Of a stretch of DNA of 64,000 nt, positions 43,869 to 56,015 are shown one piece after another. Under the pieces are notes generated by a model. The model was not told where the DNA came from and did no database searches. It saw only the letters and a program-made list of their open reading frames with translations. The stretch's first letter is position 1. Every line of letters starts with the position of its first letter. The translations under genes were made by a program, and so were the position numbers. Where the stretch lies: contig DASYKN010000055.1 in assembly GCA_035995325.1 (NCBI GenBank), positions 13,753 through 77,752 of the forward strand, read 5' to 3'. The stretch comes from Solirubrobacterales bacterium (GTDB lineage: Bacteria; Actinomycetota; Thermoleophilia; Solirubrobacterales; 70-9).

Positions 43869-45527
43869 GTGACTGACCGCCCCGCAAAGACGATCGATCG
43901 CTGGAGATACGCCGGCGAAGCCTCGCGCCTGGTCGATTCCGACCCGGGCGGCAGCGACGCCAGCGTCGCTCGCGCCTGGCTGCTCTGGGGCGGCGTCTTC
44001 GTCCCGGTCCTGCTCGCGGCGATCGCCTACATCGCGCTGCGCCCGCCGAGCGTCGACCTGGCGGCGCAGCTGTTCCGCACCGAACTGTTCGCCTCGCACG
44101 GCTTCCTCGCCTGGAACAACTACTGGTACAGCGGCCACTACCTGCTCGGCTACAGCCTCCTTTTCCCGCCGCTGGGCGCGGCAGTGGGGGCAACCGTGGT
44201 CGGCGGCCTCGCCGCGGTCGCGGCCACCGTCCTCTTCGGCCTCCTCGCCGGCCGCCACTACAGCTCCGGCGCCCGCCTGGCGACGCTCTGGTTCGGGGCG
44301 GGCACGATCGCGATGCTGCTCAGCGGCCGGCTCACCTTCGCCCTCGGCGTCGCGATCGGCCTGGCGGCGCTGGTCGCCCTCGACCGCGACCGCCCGCTGC
44401 TGGCGATGCCGCTGGCGCTCGCCACCTCCTGCGCCAGCCCGGTCGCCGGTTTCTTCGTGGCCCTGATCGGCGCCGCGCTGTTCCTCGTCGGCGACCGCCG
44501 CCGGGGCGCTGCCCTGGCCGCCTGCGCCGCCGCCCCGGTCGCGGTCATGGCGATCGCCTTCCCAGGCGCCGGCCGCGAGCCCTTCGTCCTCTCCAGCCTG
44601 CTCGGGGCGCTCGCCGTCACCCTGCTCGTCTACCTCGTCCTGCCCAGGCAGGAGCGTCTGCTGCGCCGCGCCACCGCTCTCTACGGCGCCGCGGTGTTCT
44701 GCGCTTTCGCGATTCCCAACGCGATGGGGGGCAACGTCGTCCGCCTCGGCAACCTCGTGGCGGGGCCGCTGGTCGTGCTGGCGCTGGCGACCAGGCCGCA
44801 GCGCCGGTGGTTGCTGGTGGCGCTGGCCATCCCGCTGCTCTATCTGCAGTGGCAGGGGGCGGTTCGCGACGTCTCCCGTGCCTCGGCTGACCCCTCCGTG
44901 CAGCGCGGCTTCTACACGCCGCTGCTGGCCGAGCTGAAGGCCCGGACCGGGGGGGAGCCGGTGCGGATCGAGATCCCGCCGACCCGGGACCGCTGGGAGT
45001 CCTATTACGTCTCGCCCGAGTTCTCGCTGGCCCGCGGCTGGGAACGGCAGGCGGAAACGGACGAGCTTCAGCTCTTCCGCACTGGCCTTTCCCCCCGTTC
45101 CTACCGCAAGTGGCTGCTGGCGAACGGGGTCAGCTACGTCGCCATTCCGGACGTCCCGCTCGACTACCTCGCCCATCGCGAGGAACTGCTGATCGACCGC
45201 ACCCTGCCCTACCTGAGGCCGATCTGGGCCAACGGCAACTGGCGCCTGTTCGCGGTCCGCGACGCTACCGGCCTGGTCGACAGGCCGGCGCGCCTCACCT
45301 CGATCGGGGCGGACTGGTTCGACCTGCGGGTCCCGCGCGCGAGCCGCTTCGAGCTGCGCATCCACTTCAGCCCCTACTGGAGCGTCAGCGGCGCCGGCGC
45401 CTGCCTACAGGAGCGCGGGCCCTGGACCCTGGTCGACGCCCGCGGCCCCGGCTCGATCCACGTCGGCACCGACCTCAGCGCCAGCGCCCTGCTCGGGCGC
45501 CACCGCGTCTGCGCCGACAGCCGCTAG
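43869..45527 (+). CDS. Polytopic membrane protein (GT-C/DUF2029-like glycosyltransferase candidate)
   Basis: More than 9 hydrophobic helices followed by a soluble C-terminal domain. GTG at 43869. The function assignment is weak. Confidence 0.5.
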   Translation: MTDRPAKTIDRWRYAGEASRLVDSDPGGSDASVARAWLLWGGVFVPVLLAAIAYIALRPPSVDLAAQLFRTELFASHGFLAWNNYWYSGHYLLGYSLLFPPLGAAVGATVVGGLAAVAATVLFGLLAGRHYSSGARLATLWFGAGTIAMLLSGRLTFALGVAIGLAALVALDRDRPLLAMPLALATSCASPVAGFFVALIGAALFLVGDRRRGAALAACAAAPVAVMAIAFPGAGREPFVLSSLLGALAVTLLVYLVLPRQERLLRRATALYGAAVFCAFAIPNAMGGNVVRLGNLVAGPLVVLALATRPQRRWLLVALAIPLLYLQWQGAVRDVSRASADPSVQRGFYTPLLAELKARTGGEPVRIEIPPTRDRWESYYVSPEFSLARGWERQAETDELQLFRTGLSPRSYRKWLLANGVSYVAIPDVPLDYLAHREELLIDRTLPYLRPIWANGNWRLFAVRDATGLVDRPARLTSIGADWFDLRVPRASRFELRIHFSPYWSVSGAGACLQERGPWTLVDARGPGSIHVGTDLSASALLGRHRVCADSR

Positions 45528-45540
45528 CGCCGCGGGCTGC

Positions 45541-46893
45541 CTAGAGCGCCAGCGCGACCGGCTCCTCCAGCAGCGCCCGCACCCGTGCCAGGAACTCGGC
45601 GGCGGGGGCGCCGTAGAGGATGCGGTGGTCGCAGGCGAGGGTGACGTTGAGCGTGTGGGCGGCGACGATCTCGCCCGCGCGCACGACCGCCCGCTCCTTG
45701 ATCGCGCCGACGGCGAGGATCGCCGCCTGCGGGGTGTTGATCACGGCGCTGAAGTTGTCGATCCCGTACATCCCCAGGTTGGAGACGGTGAAGGTGCCGC
45801 CCGATAGCTCCGGCGGGGTGATCGAGCCGTCGCGGACCTTCTGCGCCAGCGCCCGCGAGTCGGCGGCGATCTGCCGCAGCCCCTTCCTGTCGGCGTCGAA
45901 GACGGTGGGGACGACGAGCGAGTCCCGGGCGGCGACGGCGATGCCGACGTTGACCCGCGAATAAAGCTCGAAGCGGCCGTCGCGGTAGGCGCCGTTGGCG
46001 CGCGGATGCTCGCGCAGGGCGAGCGCGCAGGCCTTGACGACCATGTCGTTGAACGAGGGCACCAGCTCGCCCTCGCCGGCGTCGGCCTTGATCCGCGCCC
46101 GCCCCTCGACCGCCCGGCTCATGTCGATCTCCGCCTGGAGGTAGAAGTGCGGCGCCGTCGCCTTCGACTCCGACATCCGCCGCGCGATCGTCGACTGCAG
46201 CTTCGAGAGGTCCTCGTAGGCCGTCTGCCCCTTGGCGGTCTCGGGGGTGATGGGAGAGGAAGCGCCCGCCTCAACGGCGGCGGCTGGCGCGGCGCCATCC
46301 CCCGCCCCTGCGTCACTCGCGGAAGAGGCCGCAGCCTTCTTCACGTCCTTCTTGACGATGCGCCCACCCGGCCCGGAGCCAGTGATGGTGGACAGATCGA
46401 GCCCTTTCTCTTTCGCGATCCGTCGCGCGACGGGCGAGGCTTTGACCCTCTCACCTGCGTCCGAACCCTCGCCATCAGCTTTTACAGCTGCGCCCTCGGA
46501 GTCCGCCGCTCCGTTGTCGTCCCTGGCGTCATCTTCAGACGCCTCACCTGCGGGTGGCGGCGTAGGGGGGCCCACCCCCGAGGAAGCTTTAGCTACCGCA
46601 GGGGGTGGGGGGTCCCCTGCGCCGACAGGCCCCGCAGCTGAGGCCCCTGAACCCTCGCCCGAATCGCCAACCCGCGCAATCGGAGTCCCGATCGGCAGCG
46701 TCTCGCCCTCCTGCGCCAAGATCTCCGTCAGCGTCCCGGCCACATCGCTCTCGTAGGCCATGTTCGCCTTGTCGGTCTCGATTTCGACGATCTCCTCGCC
46801 GACCGCGATCTCCTCGCCGACCTGCTTCATCCAGGTGAGGATCGTCCCCTCCTCCATCGAGTCCGAGAGGCGGGGCATGACGATGTCGGCCAT
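45541..46893 (-). CDS. Dihydrolipoamide acyltransferase E2 component
   Basis: Lipoyl domain (IETDKANM), a P/A-rich linker, the E3-binding domain (ASPVARRIAKEKGLDL) and the catalytic DHRILYG motif. Confidence 0.93.
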   Translation of the reverse strand: MADIVMPRLSDSMEEGTILTWMKQVGEEIAVGEEIVEIETDKANMAYESDVAGTLTEILAQEGETLPIGTPIARVGDSGEGSGASAAGPVGAGDPPPPAVAKASSGVGPPTPPPAGEASEDDARDDNGAADSEGAAVKADGEGSDAGERVKASPVARRIAKEKGLDLSTITGSGPGGRIVKKDVKKAAASSASDAGAGDGAAPAAAVEAGASSPITPETAKGQTAYEDLSKLQSTIARRMSESKATAPHFYLQAEIDMSRAVEGRARIKADAGEGELVPSFNDMVVKACALALREHPRANGAYRDGRFELYSRVNVGIAVAARDSLVVPTVFDADRKGLRQIAADSRALAQKVRDGSITPPELSGGTFTVSNLGMYGIDNFSAVINTPQAAILAVGAIKERAVVRAGEIVAAHTLNVTLACDHRILYGAPAAEFLARVRALLEEPVALAL

Positions 46894-47882
46894 CAGATCG
46901 TTCCCTCCAGGGTCGCCAGCGCCGCGCTCACCACATGCTCCTCATGGGGAATCGCCGCCTGCTCGAGCCGTTTCGAATACGGCATGTGGACATCGGCGCC
47001 GGTCACCCGCTGCACCGGCGCGTCGAGGTCGTCGAAGGCCTGCTCGGTGATCAGCGTCGCCAGGTTGGCGCCGACGCCGCCGTGCGGCCAGCCCTCCTCG
47101 ACGATCACCGCCCGGTTGGTCTTGCGCACCGACTCGAGGATCGTGTCGAGGTCGAGCGGGCGCAGCGTGCGCGGGTCGATCACCTCGGCCTCGACCCCAT
47201 GCTCCTCAGCCAGCTTCGCCGCCGCCTGCTCGGCCACCTGGGCCATCTTCAGCACGCCGACGATGGTGACATCGGAGCCCTGGCGCCGCACCGCCGCTTC
47301 GCCGAAGCGCAGCACCTCGTCCTCCCCCTCGGGCACCTCGCCGCGGACGCCGTAGAGGCTCTCGTGCTCGATGAAGATCACCGGGTTGTCGTCGCGGATC
47401 GCCGCCTTCAGCAGCGCCTTGCCGTCGGCCGGGGTCGAGGGGCAGGCGACCAGCAGGCCCGGCACCTGCAGGAACAGCGCCTCGAAGCTGTGCGAGTGGG
47501 TCGGCCCGAGCTGGTGGCCGCCGCCGCCCGGCATCCGGATCACCATCGGCACCTTCGCCTGGCCGTTGAACATGTAGGGGATCGCAGCGGCGTGGTTGAC
47601 GATCTGGTCCAGCGCCAGCAGCGAGAAGTTGACGGTCATCAGCTCGACCACCGGCCGCAGCCCGCCCATCGCCGCGCCGACCCCGGCGCCGACGATCGTG
47701 TTCTCGGAGATTGGCGTGTCGCGCACCCGCCGCTCGCCGAACTCGTCGATCAGCCCCTCGGTCACCTTGAAGGCGCCCTGAAAGACGGCGACGTCCTCGC
47801 CGATCACGAGGACGGCCTCGTCGCGGCGCATCTCCTCCGCCATCGCGTCGCGCAGGGCCTCGCGCATCCGCAGCTCAGGCAT
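46893..47882 (-). CDS. 2-oxoacid (pyruvate-type) dehydrogenase E1 beta subunit
   Basis: MREALRDAMAEEMRRDE...VFQGAFKVTEGL...RVRDTPISE. ATG at 47882 within ORF 46893..48098. Confidence 0.92.
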   Translation of the reverse strand: MPELRMREALRDAMAEEMRRDEAVLVIGEDVAVFQGAFKVTEGLIDEFGERRVRDTPISENTIVGAGVGAAMGGLRPVVELMTVNFSLLALDQIVNHAAAIPYMFNGQAKVPMVIRMPGGGGHQLGPTHSHSFEALFLQVPGLLVACPSTPADGKALLKAAIRDDNPVIFIEHESLYGVRGEVPEGEDEVLRFGEAAVRRQGSDVTIVGVLKMAQVAEQAAAKLAEEHGVEAEVIDPRTLRPLDLDTILESVRKTNRAVIVEEGWPHGGVGANLATLITEQAFDDLDAPVQRVTGADVHMPYSKRLEQAAIPHEEHVVSAALATLEGTI

Positions 47883-49098
47883 TGAGGTCCTCCGCCTCGT
47901 CGCCGGCCTCGCGATCGGCCGAGACCCGCGACTCGGCGCCGTCCTGCGCGTCGCCCTGCAGCGCCGGGTTCGGCCGCCGGCCCTCGCGCTCGTCAGGCTG
48001 CTCGGCGTAGGCCGCGCCGGCCTCGGCCAGCTGGCGGGCGGCGTCGGGCATCTCCGCCTCGTCCTCGCCGCGGTGCGGCTCGGGGCTGCGCTCGTCAACG
48101 GCGTACCAGCCGCCCGGGTCGGTGACCGCGTAGAGGTTCTCGTACATCGTGTCGAGCGGCGGCTCCGGCGAGGCCTCGGCGAACTCGACCGCCTCGGTCA
48201 CCGTCGACTCGGCCGCCTCGCGCGCCTGCTTGACCTCGCGCTCGCCCAGCACGCCGGCCTCGACGCAGCGCCGGGCGAAGCTCTCGATCGGGTCTTTCTG
48301 GCGCCACTCCTCGACCTCCTCGCGCTCGCGGTAGACCTCGGGGTCGGCGGCGGAGTGGCCGCGGTAGCGGTAGGTGACGACCTCGAGCAGGGTGGGGCGG
48401 TCCTCTTCGCGCGCCGCCGCGATCCCGGCGGCGACGGCCTCGCGCACGGCGACCACGTCCATGCCGTCGGCCCGCGCGCCGGGGATCCCGTAGCCCTCGG
48501 CCTTCTTCGAGAGGTCGGTCTGGGCCGAGTGGCGCTCGACCGCGGTCCCCATCCCGTAGAGGTTGTTCTCGACCAGAAAGAAGACCGGCAGCTTCCACAG
48601 CGCCGCCAGGTTCATCGTCTCGCCGAAGTTGCCGGTGTTGGAGGCGCCGTCGCCGAACATGCAGACGGTGACCGCGTCTTCTCCCTTGTACTGGGAGGAG
48701 AGGGCGAGCCCGGCGGCGATCGGCAGGTTGCCGCCGACGATCCCGTAGCCGCCCATGAAGCGGCGCTCGGCGTCGAAGATGTGCATCGAGCCGCCGCGGC
48801 CGCCGCTGGTGCCGTCGACCCGGCCGAACAGCTCCGCCATCACCCGCTTCGGCTCGGTGCCGCGGGCGATCGCGTGGCCGTGGGTGCGGTAGGTGCCGAT
48901 CAGGAAGTCTTCCTCGCGCATCACCGAGGTGGTGCCGACGATCGTCGCCTCCTCGCCGATCGCCAGGTGCAGGAAGCCGCCGGCTTTGGCTCGCTGGTAC
49001 TGGCGCCCCGCCTCCTCCTCGAAGCGGCGAATCAGGGCCATGCGCGCGAGCAGCTCGTAACAGGTCGCGGCATCGGGCAGATCGGCCATTGGATTCAC
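47875..49098 (-). CDS. 2-oxoacid (pyruvate-type) dehydrogenase E1 alpha subunit with a C-terminal acidic extension
   Basis: The TPP motif region reads GDGASNTGNFGETMNLAALWKLPVFFLVENNLYGMGT, followed by YRYRGHS. About 80 extra acidic residues follow the conserved core. Confidence 0.92.
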   Translation of the reverse strand: MNPMADLPDAATCYELLARMALIRRFEEEAGRQYQRAKAGGFLHLAIGEEATIVGTTSVMREEDFLIGTYRTHGHAIARGTEPKRVMAELFGRVDGTSGGRGGSMHIFDAERRFMGGYGIVGGNLPIAAGLALSSQYKGEDAVTVCMFGDGASNTGNFGETMNLAALWKLPVFFLVENNLYGMGTAVERHSAQTDLSKKAEGYGIPGARADGMDVVAVREAVAAGIAAAREEDRPTLLEVVTYRYRGHSAADPEVYREREEVEEWRQKDPIESFARRCVEAGVLGEREVKQAREAAESTVTEAVEFAEASPEPPLDTMYENLYAVTDPGGWYAVDERSPEPHRGEDEAEMPDAARQLAEAGAAYAEQPDEREGRRPNPALQGDAQDGAESRVSADREAGDEAEDLNA

Positions 49099-49140
49099 CT
49101 TAGCGAGGCGCCCCCGCCTGCCTCGCCGCGGGCCGATCGG

Positions 49141-49734
49141 TCAGCTCGCAGCGGCCTCGACGCCTTCCTCGAGCCGGTCGTCCCCCCAGAAGACCTCGTC
49201 GCCGACGACCAGCGCCGGCACGCCTTCGACGCCGCGGTCCCCGGCCGCCGCGGTCGCCTCCTTCAGCGCGTTTTTGACGATCTCGGTCTCGACCGCTTTC
49301 AGCAGCGCCCGCGGGTGCAGCTCGCAGGCGGCGGCAGCGATCATCACGTTTTCGGGATCGCTGAGGTCGCGGCCGGCGGCGAAGGCCTGGCGGAAGGCGG
49401 CGAGGGAATAGGAGACGGTGCGGCCGGTCTGCTTGGCGAAGGTCGCGACCCGCATCGCCGTCAGCATGTTGCCCGGCCAGGGGTCGGGCCAGACGAGCGG
49501 CGGCAGCACGTAGGCGGCAGCCCGCCGCTCGACCTCGGCGATGCCCTCCGCCCGGCCCGGCGTCTGCGACCAGGAGCCGCGGTCGAAGCGGTGGAAGAGG
49601 CCGCCGAGCAGGACCGGTTGCCACTCCGGCTGCTCCAGGCCCGCTTCCGTGAACAGCCCGCTGATCCGCTCAGCCGAGAGGTACGCGTAGGGCGAGCCGA
49701 GGTCGAAGTAGAAGCTGGCGCGAAGCGCCGTCAA
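49141..49734 (-). CDS. DsbA-family / 2-hydroxychromene-2-carboxylate isomerase-like protein
   Basis: FYFDLGSPYAYL N-terminus and the GVPALVVGDEVFWGDDRL C-terminus typical of HCCA isomerase/DsbA-like proteins. 4-nt overlap with lpd. Confidence 0.75.
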   Translation of the reverse strand: MTALRASFYFDLGSPYAYLSAERISGLFTEAGLEQPEWQPVLLGGLFHRFDRGSWSQTPGRAEGIAEVERRAAAYVLPPLVWPDPWPGNMLTAMRVATFAKQTGRTVSYSLAAFRQAFAAGRDLSDPENVMIAAAACELHPRALLKAVETEIVKNALKEATAAAGDRGVEGVPALVVGDEVFWGDDRLEEGVEAAAS

Positions 49735-51098
49735 GCGTGCGTCGCCCAGCCGTCGACGGCGCGGGCGGCTTCGAAGATCGACTCGGAGATCGTCGGATGG
49801 GGATGGACGATCCGCGCCAGCTCCTGGTAGCCGCCCTCCAGCGCCATCGTCGCGACCAGCTCGGCGATCATGTCGCAGGCGCGGTTGCCGACGATGTGGA
49901 CGCCGAGGATCTCCCCGTACTTGGCGTCGGCGACGACCTTGACCATGCCTTCTTTATCGTCGTAGACGGTGGCGCCGCCGACGCCGCCGAGTTTGAACTT
50001 GCCGACCTTGACGTCGTTGCCGGCCTCCTTCGCGGCCGCCTCGGTGAGGCCGACGCTGGCGACCTGGGGGTGGCTGAAGGTGGCGCCGGCGATCAGGTTC
50101 TGGTCGACCGGGTGGGAAGGCTCGCCGGCCACGTACTCGACCGCGACGACGGCCTCCTCGGATGCCTTGTGCGCCAGCGCCTTCTTGTTCACCAGGTCGC
50201 CGATCGCGTAGACCTTCGGGTTCGTGGTCCGCTGGTTCTCGTCGACCTTGACCTTGCCGTTCTGCTCCAGCTCGATCCCGGCCGCGGCCAGGCCCAGCGG
50301 CGCGGTGTCGGCGCCGCGGCCGCCGGCGACGCAGAGGTAGTCGACCTCGGCCGACTCGCCGCCGTAGCTGAACTTGACCGACTTCTCGCCGGCCTCGACG
50401 TTCTCGACCGGGCTGCCGGTGGCGACGGTGATGTTCTGCTTCTTGAAGGCGCGCTCGACGACCCGGACGATGTCCTTGTCCTCGGCCGGGAGGATCTGCG
50501 GCAGCATCTCGATCAGCAGCACCTCGGTCCCGAAGCGCCCGTAGGCGGAGGCGATCTCACAGCCCGAGGCGCCGGCGCCGACCACGGCGATCTTCTTCGG
50601 CACCTGCGGCAGCGACCAGGCGCCCCAGGTGTCGACGACGCGGCCGCCGAATTCGACCCCGGGGATCGGCAGCGCCACCGAGCCGGTCGCGAGGATGACG
50701 GCGCCGGCCTCGTAGACCTCCTCGCCGACCTTGACGTTGCCCTCGGCGGTGAGCGAGCCCTCGCCCTCGATCACGCTGACTTTGTTTTTGTCCCAGAGCA
50801 TCTTCACCCCGCCCGAGAGCGACTCCGAGACGGCGGCGCGGCGCTTGCCGACGGCGTCCCAGTCGAGCGAGACGTCCTTGGCGACGACGCCCAGCTCGGC
50901 CCCCTCGCGGGCCTCGGTGTAGATCTCCGCCGTGCGCAGGATCGTCTTCGCCGGGATGCAGGCGTAGTTGAGGCAGCGCCCGCCCGCCTTGTCGCGCTCG
51001 ACCACGGCGGTTTTCTTGCCCAGCTGGGCGGCGCGGATGGCTGCGACGTAGCCACCGGGCCCGCCGCCGATCACGATTACGTCGAAGGAATCAGCCAT
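49731..51098 (-). CDS. lpd: Dihydrolipoyl dehydrogenase (E3)
   Basis: VIVIGGGPGGYVAAIRAAQLG, GGRCLNYACIPAK redox-active disulfide, HPHPTISE. Confidence 0.95.
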   Translation of the reverse strand: MADSFDVIVIGGGPGGYVAAIRAAQLGKKTAVVERDKAGGRCLNYACIPAKTILRTAEIYTEAREGAELGVVAKDVSLDWDAVGKRRAAVSESLSGGVKMLWDKNKVSVIEGEGSLTAEGNVKVGEEVYEAGAVILATGSVALPIPGVEFGGRVVDTWGAWSLPQVPKKIAVVGAGASGCEIASAYGRFGTEVLLIEMLPQILPAEDKDIVRVVERAFKKQNITVATGSPVENVEAGEKSVKFSYGGESAEVDYLCVAGGRGADTAPLGLAAAGIELEQNGKVKVDENQRTTNPKVYAIGDLVNKKALAHKASEEAVVAVEYVAGEPSHPVDQNLIAGATFSHPQVASVGLTEAAAKEAGNDVKVGKFKLGGVGGATVYDDKEGMVKVVADAKYGEILGVHIVGNRACDMIAELVATMALEGGYQELARIVHPHPTISESIFEAARAVDGWATHA

Positions 51099-51120
51099 GC
51101 GCCTGAGCCTATAGAACGTC

Positions 51121-51612
51121 TTAGCTCTTCTTCTGACCCGGCATCCGGCTGGCCAGCTTCCCCATCGGCCCGACCGCGCCCTGCAGGGTCTCGACGCTCT
51201 CGTTGAGGCCGGCGACCGCGGTAAGGATCCGCTCCATCAGGCCGCTCAGCTGCTCGATTCCGCCGTCCAGGCCCTGGATTCCCTGCTCGAGCCGCCCCAT
51301 CGTCTCCGGCAGCGCCGCCAGGTGGCTCTGGACCTCGACCAGGACCGGCATCGCCGCCTCGACCGCCGCCAGCCGGCCGTCCAGCGCCCCGATCGTCTCG
51401 CTCACCCCGGCCATTTCCTCGCGCAGGCCCGGCAGCGCGGCGGTGTCGCCGGCGACCCGGTCGAGCGAGTCCGCGACCCGTCCTAGCTGGGCGGTGTGCT
51501 CCTTCATCGCCCGGGTGTTCTCGACGATCTCCGGGATCGTCCGCAGCGCCGCCAGCACGTCGGTCGGCAGGGCCGAGATCTTGTCGAGTGAGGGGAGGCC
51601 GAGAGGGGTCAT
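51121..51612 (-). CDS. Hypothetical coiled-coil protein
   Basis: Heptad-like Leu/Ala/Glu-rich sequence. No domain recognised. Confidence 0.5.
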   Translation of the reverse strand: MTPLGLPSLDKISALPTDVLAALRTIPEIVENTRAMKEHTAQLGRVADSLDRVAGDTAALPGLREEMAGVSETIGALDGRLAAVEAAMPVLVEVQSHLAALPETMGRLEQGIQGLDGGIEQLSGLMERILTAVAGLNESVETLQGAVGPMGKLASRMPGQKKS

Positions 51613-51617
51613 CGGGC

Positions 51618-52064
51618 TCAGCCGCGCGGCGTCCGCTCAGGCATCTGGATCCGCGCCATCGCCTTGACCATGAAGAAGAAGAAGGTGCCGGTGACCGCCA
51701 GCAGCCCCAGCGTCGCCGCGAACTGGGCCACGGTCGAGGCCTGCACGGCGAGTCCGAAGACGGCGCTGAAGATGAGGAAGACGAGGATCAGCTGGAAGCC
51801 CAGCACGGCCCAGTAGCGGGCGCGCCACATGCCCCAGGCCATGACCCCGAGGATCAGCGCCGGGGCGATCACCTGCGGCACTTTCGGCGTTTCGCCGTCG
51901 ACCTTGACCCCGGCCAGGTAGCCGCCGACGATCGAGAGCGCGATCAGGGCGGAGACGACGGCGCCGATCGTGACCACGGTCGGCCGCTCGCCCTCGCCCA
52001 GCGGCACCAGCGCTTCGCGCGCCGCCTGGTTGCGCAGCTCGGCCTTGGCGTAGCCGCGCTGCAT
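51618..52064 (-). CDS. Hypothetical membrane protein (four TM helices)
   Basis: ATG at 52064 (MQRGYAKAEL...). Helices VVTIGAVVSALIALSIVGGYL, VIAPALILGVMAWGMW, AVLGFQLILVFLIFSAVFGL and FAATLGLLAVTGTFFFFMV. Confidence 0.55.
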   Translation of the reverse strand: MQRGYAKAELRNQAAREALVPLGEGERPTVVTIGAVVSALIALSIVGGYLAGVKVDGETPKVPQVIAPALILGVMAWGMWRARYWAVLGFQLILVFLIFSAVFGLAVQASTVAQFAATLGLLAVTGTFFFFMVKAMARIQMPERTPRG

Positions 52065-52107
52065 GCGCTCGGCGCCCGAGCCGCGCTGCTTGCGCTTGCG
52101 CGGTTGC

Positions 52108-52782
52108 TCAGCCACCCGGCGCCACCCCGACGGTCCGCCGCAGCGCCGCGGCAACGGCGGCCGGCTCGGCGGCGTCGCGGATCGCCCGCACGACGCAGAT
52201 CCGCCGCGCGCCCGCCGCGACCGCCTGCGCCGCGTTGGACGTGTCGATGCCGCCGATCGCGAAGAAGGGATGGGCAGCGTGCGCGGCGGCGTGGGCGACC
52301 AGCTCGAGCCCGACCGCGGGCCGGCCGGCTTTCGTCGGCGTCTCCCAGACCGGCCCGACCGAGATGTGGTCGACCTTGGCCTCGGCCGCGGCCGCGATCT
52401 GCTCCTCGGAGTGGGTCGAGAGGCCGATGATCGCGTCGGGCCCGAGCAGCTCCCGCGCCGCCGTGACCGAACCGTCGTCCTGGCCGAGGTGGACGCCGTC
52501 GGCGTCGCAGGACCGCGCCAGATCGGGGTCGTCGTTGACGATGAAGGGAGCGCTGTAGGTGTCGCAGACGCGGCGGAAGGTCGAGGCCGCGCGCTCGATC
52601 TCGGCCCGGCTCAGGTTCTTCTCGCGTAGCTGGACGATGTCGACGCCGCCGCTCAGCGCCGCCCGTAGCAGCGGTTCGGGATCGGCGCCGCCGGGGCGGG
52701 CGTCGCAGACGAAGTAGAGGCGCGCGGTGCGCAGGCGCTCGCGGCGCAGCGGGCCGACCGACTCGGGGGGAGCGAGGCTCAT
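52108..52782 (-). CDS. thiE: Thiamine-phosphate synthase
   Basis: LYFVCD...VDIVQLREK...DGVHLGQDD...GLSTHS...YISVGPVWETPTK...FAIGGI. Confidence 0.92.
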   Translation of the reverse strand: MSLAPPESVGPLRRERLRTARLYFVCDARPGGADPEPLLRAALSGGVDIVQLREKNLSRAEIERAASTFRRVCDTYSAPFIVNDDPDLARSCDADGVHLGQDDGSVTAARELLGPDAIIGLSTHSEEQIAAAAEAKVDHISVGPVWETPTKAGRPAVGLELVAHAAAHAAHPFFAIGGIDTSNAAQAVAAGARRICVVRAIRDAAEPAAVAAALRRTVGVAPGG

Positions 52783-52869
52783 GCGTCGATTATGAACCGG
52801 GGCCGCGCCCGCCCGCCGAGCGCGCGTCTCCCGCCCCGCGCTTGCGGCCGCGCCCCGGCGGTAGCATCG

Positions 52870-52960
52870 TTGTCGTAACGGGAGCCCGCGAGGGCTGAGA
52901 GGGTGGCAACGAGGTCACCGACCGTCTGGACCTGATCCGGGTAATGCCGGCGGAGGCAAT
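52870..52960 (+). ncRNA. TPP (THI-box) riboswitch upstream of thiO and the thiS-thiG fusion
   Basis: gggagcccgcgagggCTGAGAgggtggcaacgaggtcACCgaccgtctggACCTGATCCGGGTAATGCCGGCGgAGGcA matches the THI element core (CUGAGA ... ACCUGAUCnGGnUAAUnCCnGCG). Confidence 0.88.
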
Positions 52961-52963
52961 GAT

Positions 52964-55137
<2,174 letters not shown>

Positions 55138-55228
55138 GCGGGAGCGCGTTCGTCGCTTGTCACCCTCTGGGATACAAACGACGAACGCCGCCGCACGCCA
55201 CTCAGCCTGCCTCTACCATGGGCCATTC

Positions 55229-55302
55229 GCCCCTGTAGCTCAGCTGGTTAGAGCGGTGGCCTTTTAAGCCGCGCGTCGCGGGTTCGAGTCCCGCCGGGGG
55301 CA
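55229..55302 (+). tRNA. tRNA-Lys (anticodon UUU)
   Basis: GCCCCTGTAGCTCAGCTGGTTAGAGCGGTGGCCTTTTAAGCCGCGCGTCGCGGGTTCGAGTCCCGCCGGGGGCA. Anticodon loop CUUUUAA. Confidence 0.93.
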
Positions 55303-55304
55303 TT

Positions 55305-56015
55305 TTGCCGGGGATCAACAGGAGCAGGTGGGAGGCGCACGACGAGCATCTGCTCCGCGTGCCCGCCGACGCCGAGGGTCAGGACAAACTCCGGCTCGAC
55401 CGCATCCGCACCGAGATCGACGCCGGCTTCGACGCCCTGCGCGACATCGACGACGGCGTCTCCGTCTTCGGCTCGGCTCGCATCCCCGAGGGCCACCGCT
55501 GGTATGAGCTCTGCCGCGAGACCGGCGCCTGCCTCGCCCAGCACGGCTTCACCGTGATCACCGGCGGCGGGCCGGGGCTGATGGAGGCTGCCAACCGTGG
55601 CGCCACCGAGGCCGGCGGCCTCTCGGTCGGCCTCAACATCGAGCTGCCGCACGAGCAGCAGCCGAACCCCTACGCCAACCGCTCGCTCGACTTCCACTAC
55701 TTCTTCGCCCGCAAGCTGATGTTCGTCCGCTACGCCCGCGCCTTCGTAATCTTCCCCGGCGGCTTCGGCACCCTCGACGAGATGTTCGAGAGCCTGACCC
55801 TGATCCAAACCCACCGGATCAAGCACTTCCCGACGATCCTCGTCGACTCCACCCACTGGAAGCCCCTGCTCGCCTGGATCGACGACACGCTCGAGGACGA
55901 CGGCATGATCGGCCCCGAGGACAAAGAGCTGCTGCTCACCGCCGACACCCCTGCCGAGATCTGCGACCACGTCGTCCGCGCCAGCGAGATGCAGAAGGAG
56001 CTGGCCGGCTCTTAG
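55305..56015 (+). CDS. LOG family protein (TIGR00730, nucleotide 5'-monophosphate nucleosidase-like)
   Basis: VSVFGSARI...ITGGGPGLMEAANRGA...PGGFGTLDEMFE. The start is uncertain: 55305 lies only 3 nt after the tRNA, and GTG at 55359 is an alternative. Confidence 0.85.
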   Translation: MPGINRSRWEAHDEHLLRVPADAEGQDKLRLDRIRTEIDAGFDALRDIDDGVSVFGSARIPEGHRWYELCRETGACLAQHGFTVITGGGPGLMEAANRGATEAGGLSVGLNIELPHEQQPNPYANRSLDFHYFFARKLMFVRYARAFVIFPGGFGTLDEMFESLTLIQTHRIKHFPTILVDSTHWKPLLAWIDDTLEDDGMIGPEDKELLLTADTPAEICDHVVRASEMQKELAGS

